Source: Candidatus Multivoradales bacterium (GTDB lineage Bacteria; Acidobacteriota; Thermoanaerobaculia; Multivoradales; Multivoraceae). Taken from it: 64,000 nucleotides of DNA. The notes below the pieces were generated by a model, which was not told where the DNA came from, did no database searches, and was given only the letters and a program-made list of their open reading frames with translations. Location of the stretch: contig CBDCWI010000002.1 in NCBI GenBank assembly GCA_965223325.1, positions 288,001 through 352,000 on the forward strand, read 5' to 3'. The translations under genes were made by a program, and so were the position numbers. This document shows positions 1 through 8,770 of this stretch, piece by piece (position 1 is the stretch's first letter; the number at the start of each line of letters is the position of its first letter).

Positions 1-1
1 T

Positions 2-145
2 CCGGTGGTCGAGTCTCTTGTCGAGGACAAGCGGCGGCTGCAGGCGAAGATCGGTGAACTGACGATGGATCAGGAGCTTCTGTTCGAGAAGATCCATCGC
101 TTGGAGGGCGAGAAGCCTTTTCTTGGATGGAGGTCGAGGAAGTGA
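2..145 (+). CDS. IS3-family transposase OrfA, C-terminal part (partial)
   Basis: Manual translation PVVESLVEDKRRLQAKIGELTMDQELLFEKIHRLEGEKPFLGWRSRK*, typical OrfA coiled coil; CCTTTT candidate -1 frameshift site near 116-121. Confidence 0.75.
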   Translation, partial: PVVESLVEDKRRLQAKIGELTMDQELLFEKIHRLEGEKPFLGWRSRK

Positions 146-1047
146 GTGCCGCACCCTCTCCCTCCACAGGAATCCGCTACGGCATATCACGGGTCTGTCG
201 TCTCTGGGAGGTTGCCCGGTCTGGCTTCTACGCCGCGCGCAAGCGCCGCGAGTCTTGCGGGATCGAGAAGCGCAAGACCGGCCCGAAGACGGCGGTCTCG
301 GATCAGGAGCTGGTGGCCATGATCCAAGAGGTCGTGCGCGAGCTCGAGCAGGAGACCGGCTTGCGTGGCGAAGGGCATCGCAAGGTGAGGGCTCGCCTGA
401 GGGCACGCGACGTCCACGTGGGTCGAGAGCGAGTGCTACGCCTGATGCGCGAGAACTCGCTTCTTGCACCTACTCGCGTGGGTCGCGAGCGTGGCCCTCG
501 GGTCCACGACGGGACGATCACGATGCCAGAGCCCGATCTGATGTGGGGCACCGACGCAACGATGACCTGGACGAGAGAGGAAGGCCTGGCCTGGATCTTC
601 GTCGCCGTGGATCACTGCACCAGCGAGTGCATCGGGATCCACGCCTCGAGGTCGGGGAATCGCTTCGAGGCTCTCGAGCCTGTGCGCCAGGGCGTTCGTG
701 AGCACTTCGGCGAGCCCGATCAGGGCGTCGCGCTGGGCCTGGGCCTGCGCCACGACTGGGGCAGCGCGTACGCCAGCCGAGACTTCCAGCAGGAGATCGA
801 CTTTCTGGGCATCTGCTCGTCGCCGAGCTTCGTGCGGGCTCCGGAAGGCAACGGTGTCGCCGAGCGCTTCATCCGAACCCTGAAGGAGCAGCTGCTCTGG
901 GTGAAGAGATTCGACACCGTCGAAGACCTGCGTCTCGCGTTGCTCGACTTCAAGGCGAAGTACAACCAGAACTGGCTGGTCGAGAAGCACGGCTACCTGA
1001 CGCCCGCTCAGATCCGTTCAGAGTGGAAGCTCTCAAAGGCCGCCTGA
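127..1047 (+). CDS. IS3-family transposase OrfB (integrase core)
   Basis: WGTDAT...VDHC...HDWGSAY...NGVAERFIRTLKE DDE motifs; N-terminal VCRLWEVARSGFY. Confidence 0.9.
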   Translation: MEVEEVSAAPSPSTGIRYGISRVCRLWEVARSGFYAARKRRESCGIEKRKTGPKTAVSDQELVAMIQEVVRELEQETGLRGEGHRKVRARLRARDVHVGRERVLRLMRENSLLAPTRVGRERGPRVHDGTITMPEPDLMWGTDATMTWTREEGLAWIFVAVDHCTSECIGIHASRSGNRFEALEPVRQGVREHFGEPDQGVALGLGLRHDWGSAYASRDFQQEIDFLGICSSPSFVRAPEGNGVAERFIRTLKEQLLWVKRFDTVEDLRLALLDFKAKYNQNWLVEKHGYLTPAQIRSEWKLSKAA

Positions 1048-1163
1048 GGAGCGCCACGATGGCGGTACCTGCACCATGCAACACCCGCGAGAAGCCCAAC
1101 ACAGGGCAACCTCGCGATCCGATTCCCAAGGCGACGAGGCTGAATCGCCGTCATCACAAACAA

Positions 1164-1189
1164 CTGTCCACTAAACCAAGACCGCTACA
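1164..1189. repeat. IS3 right terminal inverted repeat
   Basis: CTGTCCACTAAACCAAGACCGCTACA; reverse complement starts TGTAGCGG, matching the IS3 5'-TG...CA-3' end convention; partner repeat not in window. Confidence 0.65.
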
Positions 1190-1445
1190 CGGGGAAGTTG
1201 CAAGTTTGCAACTCGCGCCCGTTCCGCCCACCTGCGAGCCCAAGCGAGCAGTGGCCTGCCGTTGCCCGAGCTCGGGGACCCCTGCCGACACCCTGGTGGC
1301 GACGGGGTTTCCCGGGCCGGGAAACATGGCTGGCTCCCAGCCAGAGCGCAGTGGTCCGCCGAACGACTGCGAGCGGTGGCCAGGACCGCCGGTCGGGGAG
1401 CCCTTCGGAGCACGGTGCTCTCTGCCCCCTCGCGCGCAACAGGGT

Positions 1446-1524
1446 GTCCCGGCCGGCGAGCGCGTCAAGGGTTCGCCGAGGCCACCCCGAGGGGCGCCCT
1501 TGACCCGCCCGCCTCCGCCGGGAC
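1446..1524. promoter_or_regulatory. Long imperfect hairpin, Frpo/ssi-like ssDNA element
   Basis: GTCCCGGC...GTCAAGGG-loop-CCCTTGAC...GCCGGGAC, with TTGAC in the stem. Confidence 0.45.
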
Positions 1525-1591
1525 TCGATCGAGACGCGGGCGAGGGAGACGGATGGGCTCAGGATCCGGATGCCGTCCACGCGGAGCGCTC

Positions 1592-1999
1592 CTACAGGAA
1601 GAGGGTCGAGCGTCCCGAGGCCGCAGCGAAGGCCACGACCCGCGATCGAGAGGGAAGCGCCTCACAGCCTCGTCGGGTGAGGAACAGTCGCTCGCGTCCG
1701 CCGATCCAACCACGGTGCTTCCAGCGGCGGAGGGTCGCAGCGCTCACCAGGTCGGGCCGCTGTAGGACCTCGCCGGATCGCGCGGCCTGTGCGGTTCCGA
1801 GGACCCGATAGAGGCGCTCCGCGGTTCCGAGCGCGATCGTCGCTCGCGAGTCAGAAGCGGGGCCGAAACCTGAGCGCGGAGAGAGCTCCTCCCGCGACCG
1901 CTCCGAGCAGGAGGAGCGGGAGAAGGGCGAGGAGAAAGAGGACTCGGCCGCAGGCTCTCGCGCAGCGGCCGAGGATTCGTTGTCGTCGTGGTTCCACAT
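1592..1999 (-). CDS. Hypothetical protein, possible C-terminal winged helix
   Basis: GGAGG RBS before ATG at 1999; C-terminal ATLRRWKHRGWI...LFLTRRG pattern; downstream of ssb. Confidence 0.45.
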   Translation of the reverse strand: MWNHDDNESSAAAREPAAESSFSSPFSRSSCSERSREELSPRSGFGPASDSRATIALGTAERLYRVLGTAQAARSGEVLQRPDLVSAATLRRWKHRGWIGGRERLFLTRRGCEALPSRSRVVAFAAASGRSTLFL

Positions 2000-2085
2000 C
2001 GTGCCTCCCTTTCGTCCGGTCGAGCCGGCACCACGATCGAAGGGAGACGGCGAGGCGGCCGGGAAGCCGCCCCGCCGAGCCGCGG

Positions 2086-2436
2086 TTACGCCGCGGCCTC
2101 TCCTTCGTCGCTGGGCCGGTTCAGTGCCTGCCAGCTCTCGGCCACCACCTCCGTGCGGTAGTGCTTGGTGCCGGCGTCGTCCTCCCAGCTCCGGGTCCTG
2201 AGCCTGCCCTCGACGTAGACGAGGCGGCCCTTGCCGAGCACGTTCGCCACGTTCTCGGCGCTCTTGCCCCAGAACACCACCCGGTGCCACTCCGTCTCCT
2301 CCTGGCGGCTGCCTTCGGCATCCCGCCAGTAACGGGTCGTGGCGATCCGGAGGTCGGCGACCTTCGTACCCTGGGGCGTGCTGCGGATTTCGATGTCGTG
2401 TCCAACATGGCCAATGAGCTGCATCTTGTTCAGCAT
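2086..2436 (-). CDS. ssb: Single-stranded DNA-binding protein (short, lacks the C-terminal DDIPF tip)
   Basis: MLNKMQLIGHVG...EETEWHRVVFWGK...KGRLVYVEGRLRTRSW OB-fold motifs. Confidence 0.95.
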   Translation of the reverse strand: MLNKMQLIGHVGHDIEIRSTPQGTKVADLRIATTRYWRDAEGSRQEETEWHRVVFWGKSAENVANVLGKGRLVYVEGRLRTRSWEDDAGTKHYRTEVVAESWQALNRPSDEGEAAA

Positions 2437-2464
2437 GGGATGTTCTCCTCTCTGTGGTTCAATG

Positions 2465-2478
2465 TCAACAGATGTTGA
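2465..2478. promoter_or_regulatory. Palindromic operator TCAACAGATGTTGA (BlaI/CopY-type ACA-NN-TGT core) upstream of ssb
   Basis: Identical 14-mer at 19799-19812; directly downstream of a CATAAT -10-like hexamer on the minus strand. Confidence 0.6.
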
Positions 2479-2512
2479 TTATGTGGTACGGTACTGCACT
2501 CTCCGGGCGTCA

Positions 2513-3397
2513 TCAACTCACGGCGTCCACCACCTTCCTGTTGCGGCCGAGGATGTGGTCCGCGGCCTTCTTCGCCTGCTGAGCAGCGGTCACGATCAGC
2601 CGAGGGTTGCGGCTGAGCTTCTGTCGCCAGTGGTCGAGGTAGGCTGCCGAGTTGGGAACGTCGGGGTCGATTCCCGCCTCACCGCAGAGGAAAGCAGCTC
2701 CCAGCTCGGCGACGAGCTCCTCCCGGGCGTACTCGTCGGAACCGAACGGGGCCGCGTGGTTGCGCTCGAAGGACGGGCGCCCGAGCCTCCGGACGTGGCC
2801 GGTCGAGTGGGCCAGCTCGTGGAAGAGGGTCGAGTAGTAGCCGGTCGCCGACTCGAAGACCTCCCGAGGCGGCATCGTCACCGTGTCGCTCACCGGGGCG
2901 TAGCAGGCCCGGGGCTGTGCCCGGTGCTCGACGCTCGGCGGGTCGGGGTAGCCGGCCACGATCGCTTCGGCTGCCTCCATCGGCTCGGCTTCCTCGGTCG
3001 AGAGCCGGGGAATCCGCTCCTCGTCGATCCCTTCCGTCTGGTCGAGGTTGAAGACGCGGTAGTACCGGAGGACCGGGATCCGCTCGGCGATCTCCTCGTC
3101 CTGCGTTTCCCCTTCGCTGTTCCGCTTCTCGGCCCACCGCCAGAACACGACCGGCGCCGACTTCGCACCCCGGAGCACCCGGCCCCCGAGCGCCTTGGCC
3201 TGCCGGAAGGTCAGCCACCAGGGGGTCGAGCCCGCCCGGAAGCCCAGCAACAGGACGTTGATCCCTCTGTAGGCCCTTCCTGTGGCCAGGTTCGCCGGGG
3301 CCAGCCCGTCGACCTTCCAGGGTCGCGACCACGGCACCACGCCCTGCTCGAGCTGCTCTAGGATCTGCCCCGTGACGATCTCGTAGACCTTCGACAT
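2513..3397 (-). CDS. ardC: Antirestriction protein ArdC (ssDNA-binding domain plus zincin-like metalloprotease)
   Basis: GVVPWSRPW, YRGINVLLL, WLTFRQA, VFNLDQ, HELAHSTGH, YAREELVAELGAAFL; RBS before ATG at 3397. Confidence 0.92.
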   Translation of the reverse strand: MSKVYEIVTGQILEQLEQGVVPWSRPWKVDGLAPANLATGRAYRGINVLLLGFRAGSTPWWLTFRQAKALGGRVLRGAKSAPVVFWRWAEKRNSEGETQDEEIAERIPVLRYYRVFNLDQTEGIDEERIPRLSTEEAEPMEAAEAIVAGYPDPPSVEHRAQPRACYAPVSDTVTMPPREVFESATGYYSTLFHELAHSTGHVRRLGRPSFERNHAAPFGSDEYAREELVAELGAAFLCGEAGIDPDVPNSAAYLDHWRQKLSRNPRLIVTAAQQAKKAADHILGRNRKVVDAVS

Positions 3398-3476
3398 CTG
3401 CTCTCTCCTTCCAAGCCCGGGTCCGGTGGATTCCGTCCCCAACGAGAGGTTTTTTTCCCTCAACGCACCCAGAAAT

Positions 3477-3560
3477 CAGTCAGGCCGCGAGACTGCGACA
3501 GGGCTGGCGAAGCCACCCGCAGGGCTTGGCCTTGCGCCGGCGAAGCGGCCGTCTAGACTG
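3477..3560. promoter_or_regulatory. Frpo-like ssDNA hairpin promoter upstream of ardC
   Basis: CAGTC..GGCCGC...GCGGCC..TAGACTG stem; TTGCGC and TAGACT lie in the 3' arm; core resembles 1446-1524. Confidence 0.45.
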
Positions 3561-3771
3561 CTGGGTCGTTGAGGGGAGAACGAGAAGAGAGGTCGGGTGG
3601 GGGAACAGCGCCCGAAGGGCGACCGCCCCTGTCTGCTCTGCCTTCTCTGCGTCCGTCTCCGTTTTCCGCAGCCGCCGGCGGAGCCCTACCGGAGAAGCTA
3701 TAGGTCTGGATACAGGGGGAATACAGGAGGGCGCCGCAAGTCGTTTGCCTGCAGCGACCTGGGCTAGGGTC

Positions 3772-3865
3772 GCGTCACCGTTTCATCGGTGGAGCGTCAC
3801 ACTTTCATCCCTGAACGGCGCGAACGGCGTCACCGTTTCATCGGTGGGGGCGTCACACTTTCATC
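3772..3865. repeat. Four 16-bp direct repeats GCGTCAC(CG/AC)TTTCATC, iteron-like
   Basis: Copies start at 3772, 3794, 3827 and 3850; followed by the hairpin GGAAGACTC...GAGTCTTCC (3867-3897). Confidence 0.85.
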
Positions 3866-3939
3866 TGGAAGACTCCAGCCCTTCCGTAGAGTCTTCCGCA
3901 GGCACTCGCGGGAACGCGCGGACGGCGTCGTGTCACCGG

Positions 3940-3968
3940 TTGACGTTGGATTGCCAGTGGCCTAGTCT
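3940..3968 (+). promoter_or_regulatory. Sigma70-like promoter for the xis-fic-RM block
   Basis: TTGACG-N17-TAGTCT. Confidence 0.55.
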
Positions 3969-4005
3969 GGACTCGCTTGGACACAGTTCTCACGGAGGAC
4001 CGGGC

Positions 4006-4230
4006 ATGGATGCCAATGCCATGACAGTGAGGGAGGTCGCGGCCTACCTCAGCGTCGCCGAGAAGACGATCTACCGACTCGCCCAGAAGGGCGAGCTACC
4101 CGGCTTCAAGGTCGCGGGCGCTTGGCGATTCCAACGAGCGGATCTCGATGGGTGGATCGACGAGCAGAAGAAGGCGGCGGGTTCCGCTCAGGTCAAGGAG
4201 AAGGGCAAGAACGTGCCTGGGAAGAGATGA
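4006..4230 (+). CDS. Excisionase-family HTH DNA-binding protein (HTH_17)
   Basis: MTVREVAAYLSVAEKTIYRLAQKGELPGFKVAGAWRF; GGAGG RBS. Confidence 0.9.
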   Translation: MDANAMTVREVAAYLSVAEKTIYRLAQKGELPGFKVAGAWRFQRADLDGWIDEQKKAAGSAQVKEKGKNVPGKR

Positions 4231-4306
4231 GATACGCCGTCGTCGGTCAACTCGAACTGACGGAGAGGGACCCGTCGAGGGTCCGCATCGTCACGGAGTA
4301 ATCACG

Positions 4307-5359
4307 ATGCCGCATTCTTTCGAGCGTGGTTATCTCGACGCTGTGCCGGTCTCCCAGACGCTGTTGCGCACGATTCGCGCTCTCGGCGAGTTTCGCGGTA
4401 AGGAGATCCTCTTCGAGCGGCAGGCGCCGCAGGTCCTGGATGCCCTTCGCGAGGTCGCGATCATCCAGAGCACCGAGTCCTCCAACCGGATCGAGGGCAT
4501 CGTCGCTCCCCCGGCGAGAATCAAGGATCTCGTGCGGGAAAAGACGACGCCCCGCAACCGATCCGAACAGGAGATCGCCGGCTATCGCTCCGTTCTGACG
4601 ACGATCCACGCGAACCACCAGAACATCCCGTTCACACCTGGGGTCGTTCTCCAGCTCCACCGCGATCTCTACCAGTTCACCCCACAGGAGGGCGGACGCT
4701 GGAAGGTTGCCGACAACGAGATCACCGAGACTCGGCCCGATGGGTCGACCTTCGTCCGGTTTCAGCCGACCCCGGCGCACCGAACTGCGGAGGCCATGGA
4801 GACACTCCATCGGCGCTTCGAGGAGCGGCAGCGGGCCGGGGAGATCGAGCCTCTCGTCCTGGTTTCGGCCTACGTGCTGGACTTCTTGTGCATCCACCCC
4901 TTCCTGGACGGCAATGGGCGCATCGGCCGCCTGCTCAGCCTGCTCCTGCTCTACCAGGCAGGCTTCACGGTCGGCCGCTACATCTCGCTAGAGAAGCTCA
5001 TCGAGGAGAACCGCGAGAGCTACTACGACACGCTCCAAGCGTCGTCGAGCGGCTGGCACGAAGGCCAACATTCGGTCGGCCCGTGGATGGAGTATTTCCT
5101 TGGCGTGGTCCTCCTCGGGGCGTATCGGGAGCTCGAGCGGCGGACCGGTGAGCTGACGATGGCACGCGGGGCGAAGAGTGAAATGGTAGCGGCGAGCATC
5201 GAGAGACTTCCGCGGGAGTTTCGCTACGCGGACGTGGCGGCGGCCTGCCCCGGAGTTGCCCGACCCACCATCCACCGGGTCTTGAACAAGCTCCGCAACG
5301 AAGGACGAATCGAGTGCACGAAATCGGGGCGCGACGCGACTTGGCGGAAGCTCCTGTGA
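4307..5359 (+). CDS. Fic-family protein with N-terminal inhibitory helix and C-terminal HTH
   Basis: Canonical HPFLDGNGRIGR; SNRIEG alpha-inh motif. Confidence 0.92.
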   Translation: MPHSFERGYLDAVPVSQTLLRTIRALGEFRGKEILFERQAPQVLDALREVAIIQSTESSNRIEGIVAPPARIKDLVREKTTPRNRSEQEIAGYRSVLTTIHANHQNIPFTPGVVLQLHRDLYQFTPQEGGRWKVADNEITETRPDGSTFVRFQPTPAHRTAEAMETLHRRFEERQRAGEIEPLVLVSAYVLDFLCIHPFLDGNGRIGRLLSLLLLYQAGFTVGRYISLEKLIEENRESYYDTLQASSSGWHEGQHSVGPWMEYFLGVVLLGAYRELERRTGELTMARGAKSEMVAASIERLPREFRYADVAAACPGVARPTIHRVLNKLRNEGRIECTKSGRDATWRKLL

Positions 5360-5542
5360 CGGAAACCTCAAGAACGTGCTCATGACTACGTTAATGTACT
5401 CAAGAATGTCTATCTTCTCGCTACTCGCGACTCCACGCGTCCGGACCCGGTCGCTGCACATACCAAGGGTGAGGATCACCCCGCCGCGTGGCGAGACTCG
5501 CAGAACCAGCCGAGGATCTGCCTGCTGAAGGGCGGTTTCCCG

Positions 5543-8500
5543 ATGCTCCTCGACAACAAGCCCGGTCGCCTGGTTGCTGACGCCCTGCGAACAGCTCTAA
5601 CACCCGATGGCGAGGCCAGCGTTCTGACGAGCCAGCTCTCGATCTTCGCGTGGGATGCGCTGCAGCCGGACCTCGCCAAGCTCGCCGCGACTCGTCTGTT
5701 GCTCGCGCCGTCGACCGGCGTCGCGGCTACCGGGTCGCTCTCGCAAGATCTTGTCGGTTGTCCCGAGGAACGTCGATTCCGCAACAGCTTGGCTGGCCCA
5801 CGGATCGCCCGGCGTCTCGAGGAGTGGCTCCGGCGAGGCGTCGAGGTGCGCCGAACACGGGCCATGGTGCCGCACAGCCTCTACGCGGTTCGCAACGGCG
5901 TCGGCTCCACGACTGCGATTCAGGGCAGCTCTCCATTCACTGCATCAGGACTTGGACTCACGCCCTCGGACCGTTTCGAGATGAACACGCTGTACTCCGA
6001 CGAGGAGAGCGCAGCGAGCCTGATGGAGCTCTTCGAGAGCCTCTGGCACTCCGGGGAGCTGTCGCTCGAAGCCAAGGACGAGTTTTGTGCTTCTCTCCGG
6101 CAGATATCCGCGCCCGCCTCACCGCAGCTCTTCTACTTCAAGTCGCTCTTCCACCTCTTCCGCGAGGGGCTGAGCGACCTCGATGAGGACCGGATCGTTC
6201 GGCCTCGGACCGGGATTCGCGAGACGCTGGTTTGGAGAAAGCTGTACCGCTTCCAGAGAGACGGCGTCGTCGGCGCGATCGACAAGATCGAGCGCTACAA
6301 CGGCTGCATCATCGCGGACAGTGTCGGGCTCGGCAAGACTTTCGAGGCGCTGGCGATCATCAAGTACTACGAGCTGCGGAACGACCGCGTGCTGGTCCTG
6401 GTGCCGAAGCGACTCCGCGAGAACTGGACCATCTACACAGTCAACGATCGGCGCAACCTGTTCGCTGCGGACCGCTTCAACTTCGACGTCCTGAACCACA
6501 CGGACCTGACCCGGACCCGCGGCCATTCGGGGGAGATCAACCTCGAAACGGTCAACTGGGGGAACTACGACCTCGTCGTCATCGATGAGTCGCACAATTT
6601 CCGCAACAACCCGCCCCGGCGCGACGGGCTGACCCGGTACGGGCGGTTGATGCGCGACATCATCCGCTCGGGCGTCAAGACGAAAATCCTCATGCTCTCC
6701 GCGACTCCCGTCAACAACCGGATGAACGACCTGAAGAACCAGGTCGCCTTCATCACAGAGGGCCAGGACGAAGCGCTGAGCGAGGTCGGGATCGTCAGCA
6801 TCGAGAACACCCTCCGCAAGGCCCAGACCCTGTTCAACCAGTGGCTCAAGGACGATCCTGCCGGTCGAACCACACAAGGTCTCCTCGACGCGCTCAACTT
6901 CGACTACTTCCAGCTCCTCGACCTTCTGACGATCGCGCGGTCCCGCAAGCACATCACGAAGTACTACGACGTCGAGGACGTCGGGCGGTTTCCTCAACGG
7001 GCGGTCCCGATCAATGTCAAAGCTGATATCGACACCTCCGGTCTCTTTCCCCCACTGAAGGAGGTCAATCGAGACATCCGGCGCCTCACCTTGGCGGCCT
7101 ACGCCCCTCTCCGGTACGTCCTTCCGGAGAGAGTCGAGGAGTATCACCGGCGGTACGACATCGAGATGAAGGGCGGACGGTCCTTCCGCCAGATCGACCG
7201 CGAGGAGAGCCTCATCCACCTGATGCGGGTAAACCTCCTGAAGAGGATGGAGAGCTCCATCAGCTCCTTCGCTCAGACTGTCGAAAAGCTCCTCGGCAAG
7301 GTTCGCGGAATCCTCGAACGGCTCGAGTCCCACGATGCCCGGGACGTCGAGGAACTGAGTATCGAGGACGTGGACCTCGAGAGCGAGGAGTTCGAGCCGC
7401 TGCTCGTCGGCACCAAGGTCAAGGTTCTCCTCCAGGACGTCGACCGCATCCGCTGGCGGCAGGATCTCGAAGAGGACGAGGAGCTCCTGGTGGCCTTGCT
7501 ACGCGAGGCCCGGCAAGTGAACCATCACCGGGACGAGAAGCTCCGGCGACTCACCGAGCTGATCGAGCGCAAGGCCACGGAGCCTGTCAACGACGGCAAC
7601 CGGAAGGTCATCGTGTTTACGGCCTTTGCCGACACCGCGGAGTACCTCTACGAACATCTCGCCGGTTGGGCGCTGGACCAGTTGGGGCTCCACTCGGCGA
7701 TCGTCACCGGACGATCCGGGTCCAACCAGACCACCTTGAACGGGCTGCGCCGCGACCTCTCTTCGATCCTGGGAGCCTTCTCGCCGATCTCGAAAGAGAG
7801 GGAGAAGGTGGGCGGAGACCAGGGGCCCGAGCTCGATCTCCTCATCGCGACCGACTGCATCTCGGAGGGCCAGAACCTCCAGGACTGCGACTACCTCGTC
7901 AACTACGACATCCACTGGAATCCGGTCCGCATCATTCAGAGGTTCGGGCGGATCGACCGCCTCGGCTCGCGGAACGAGACCATTCAGCTCGTGAACTTCT
8001 GGCCGAACATGGAGCTCGACGAGTACATCGACCTGGAAGCTCGTGTGTCGGGGCGAATGGTCCTCCTCGACATCTCGGCAACCGGTGAAGAGAACGTGAT
8101 CGAGGCGACCGAAGAGGATCAGATGAACGACCTCGCCTATCGCCGTCGACAGTTCGAGCAACTGCAGGACCAGGTCCTGGACATCGAGGACCTCTCCGAC
8201 GGGATCAGCATCACCGACCTGACCCTCAGTGATTTCCGGCTGGACCTGGCTCGCTATGCGAAGGAGCATGACGACGAGATCGCGAGCTTGCCGCTCGGTA
8301 CGTACGGAGCTGTGCGCCTCGAGGACCTAGACGATGAGCTCGAGGGCCTGCAACCGGGCGTGTTCTTCTGTCTCCGGAGCGAGAATCCGGCGGTCGAGCG
8401 CGACTCGTCGTATTCGCTGACCCCCCACTACCTGGTCTTCGTTGGCGAGGACGGCGCAACCCGGCTGCACTACCACCAGACGCGCCGTTTGCTAGACGCC

Positions 8501-8770
8501 TTGAAGAAGATCTCGCTGGGGCGCTCCCAGCCCCAGGAAGCCGCCAACGCTGAGTTTCGGCGCAGAACCCGAGCCGGCCGTCGGATGGAAGCGATTCAGA
8601 ACCTCCTGGCCCAGGCTGTCGAATCGATCACCGGGAGAACCGAAGAGCGAGGTGTCGCCAGCCTCTTCGAGCGCGGCGGCACGGTCTTGACGGCCGACAC
8701 CTTCCGCGGCGTCGACGACTTCGAGGTCGTCGCCTACCTCGCGGTGCTCGGCGCCGAGGGTAACGGATGA
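5543..8770 (+). CDS. SNF2-like SF2 helicase with degenerate N-terminal PLD-like domain (type III RM-associated)
   Basis: DSVGLGKT, DESH, SATP, TDCISEGQNLQ, QRFGRIDR. Confidence 0.9.
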   Translation: MLLDNKPGRLVADALRTALTPDGEASVLTSQLSIFAWDALQPDLAKLAATRLLLAPSTGVAATGSLSQDLVGCPEERRFRNSLAGPRIARRLEEWLRRGVEVRRTRAMVPHSLYAVRNGVGSTTAIQGSSPFTASGLGLTPSDRFEMNTLYSDEESAASLMELFESLWHSGELSLEAKDEFCASLRQISAPASPQLFYFKSLFHLFREGLSDLDEDRIVRPRTGIRETLVWRKLYRFQRDGVVGAIDKIERYNGCIIADSVGLGKTFEALAIIKYYELRNDRVLVLVPKRLRENWTIYTVNDRRNLFAADRFNFDVLNHTDLTRTRGHSGEINLETVNWGNYDLVVIDESHNFRNNPPRRDGLTRYGRLMRDIIRSGVKTKILMLSATPVNNRMNDLKNQVAFITEGQDEALSEVGIVSIENTLRKAQTLFNQWLKDDPAGRTTQGLLDALNFDYFQLLDLLTIARSRKHITKYYDVEDVGRFPQRAVPINVKADIDTSGLFPPLKEVNRDIRRLTLAAYAPLRYVLPERVEEYHRRYDIEMKGGRSFRQIDREESLIHLMRVNLLKRMESSISSFAQTVEKLLGKVRGILERLESHDARDVEELSIEDVDLESEEFEPLLVGTKVKVLLQDVDRIRWRQDLEEDEELLVALLREARQVNHHRDEKLRRLTELIERKATEPVNDGNRKVIVFTAFADTAEYLYEHLAGWALDQLGLHSAIVTGRSGSNQTTLNGLRRDLSSILGAFSPISKEREKVGGDQGPELDLLIATDCISEGQNLQDCDYLVNYDIHWNPVRIIQRFGRIDRLGSRNETIQLVNFWPNMELDEYIDLEARVSGRMVLLDISATGEENVIEATEEDQMNDLAYRRRQFEQLQDQVLDIEDLSDGISITDLTLSDFRLDLARYAKEHDDEIASLPLGTYGAVRLEDLDDELEGLQPGVFFCLRSENPAVERDSSYSLTPHYLVFVGEDGATRLHYHQTRRLLDALKKISLGRSQPQEAANAEFRRRTRAGRRMEAIQNLLAQAVESITGRTEERGVASLFERGGTVLTADTFRGVDDFEVVAYLAVLGAEGNG

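Larger units (their letters stand above)
1..1189 (+). mobile_element. IS3-family insertion sequence (left part outside the window)
   Basis: orfA and orfB overlap in the -1 frame; rve-type DDE domain; terminal repeat ending ...GACCGCTACA. Confidence 0.85.

Noticed and set aside
3772-3865. CRISPR array
   Set aside because: Repeats are 16 bp with 6-17 bp spacers, two of them nearly identical; no cas genes are present.
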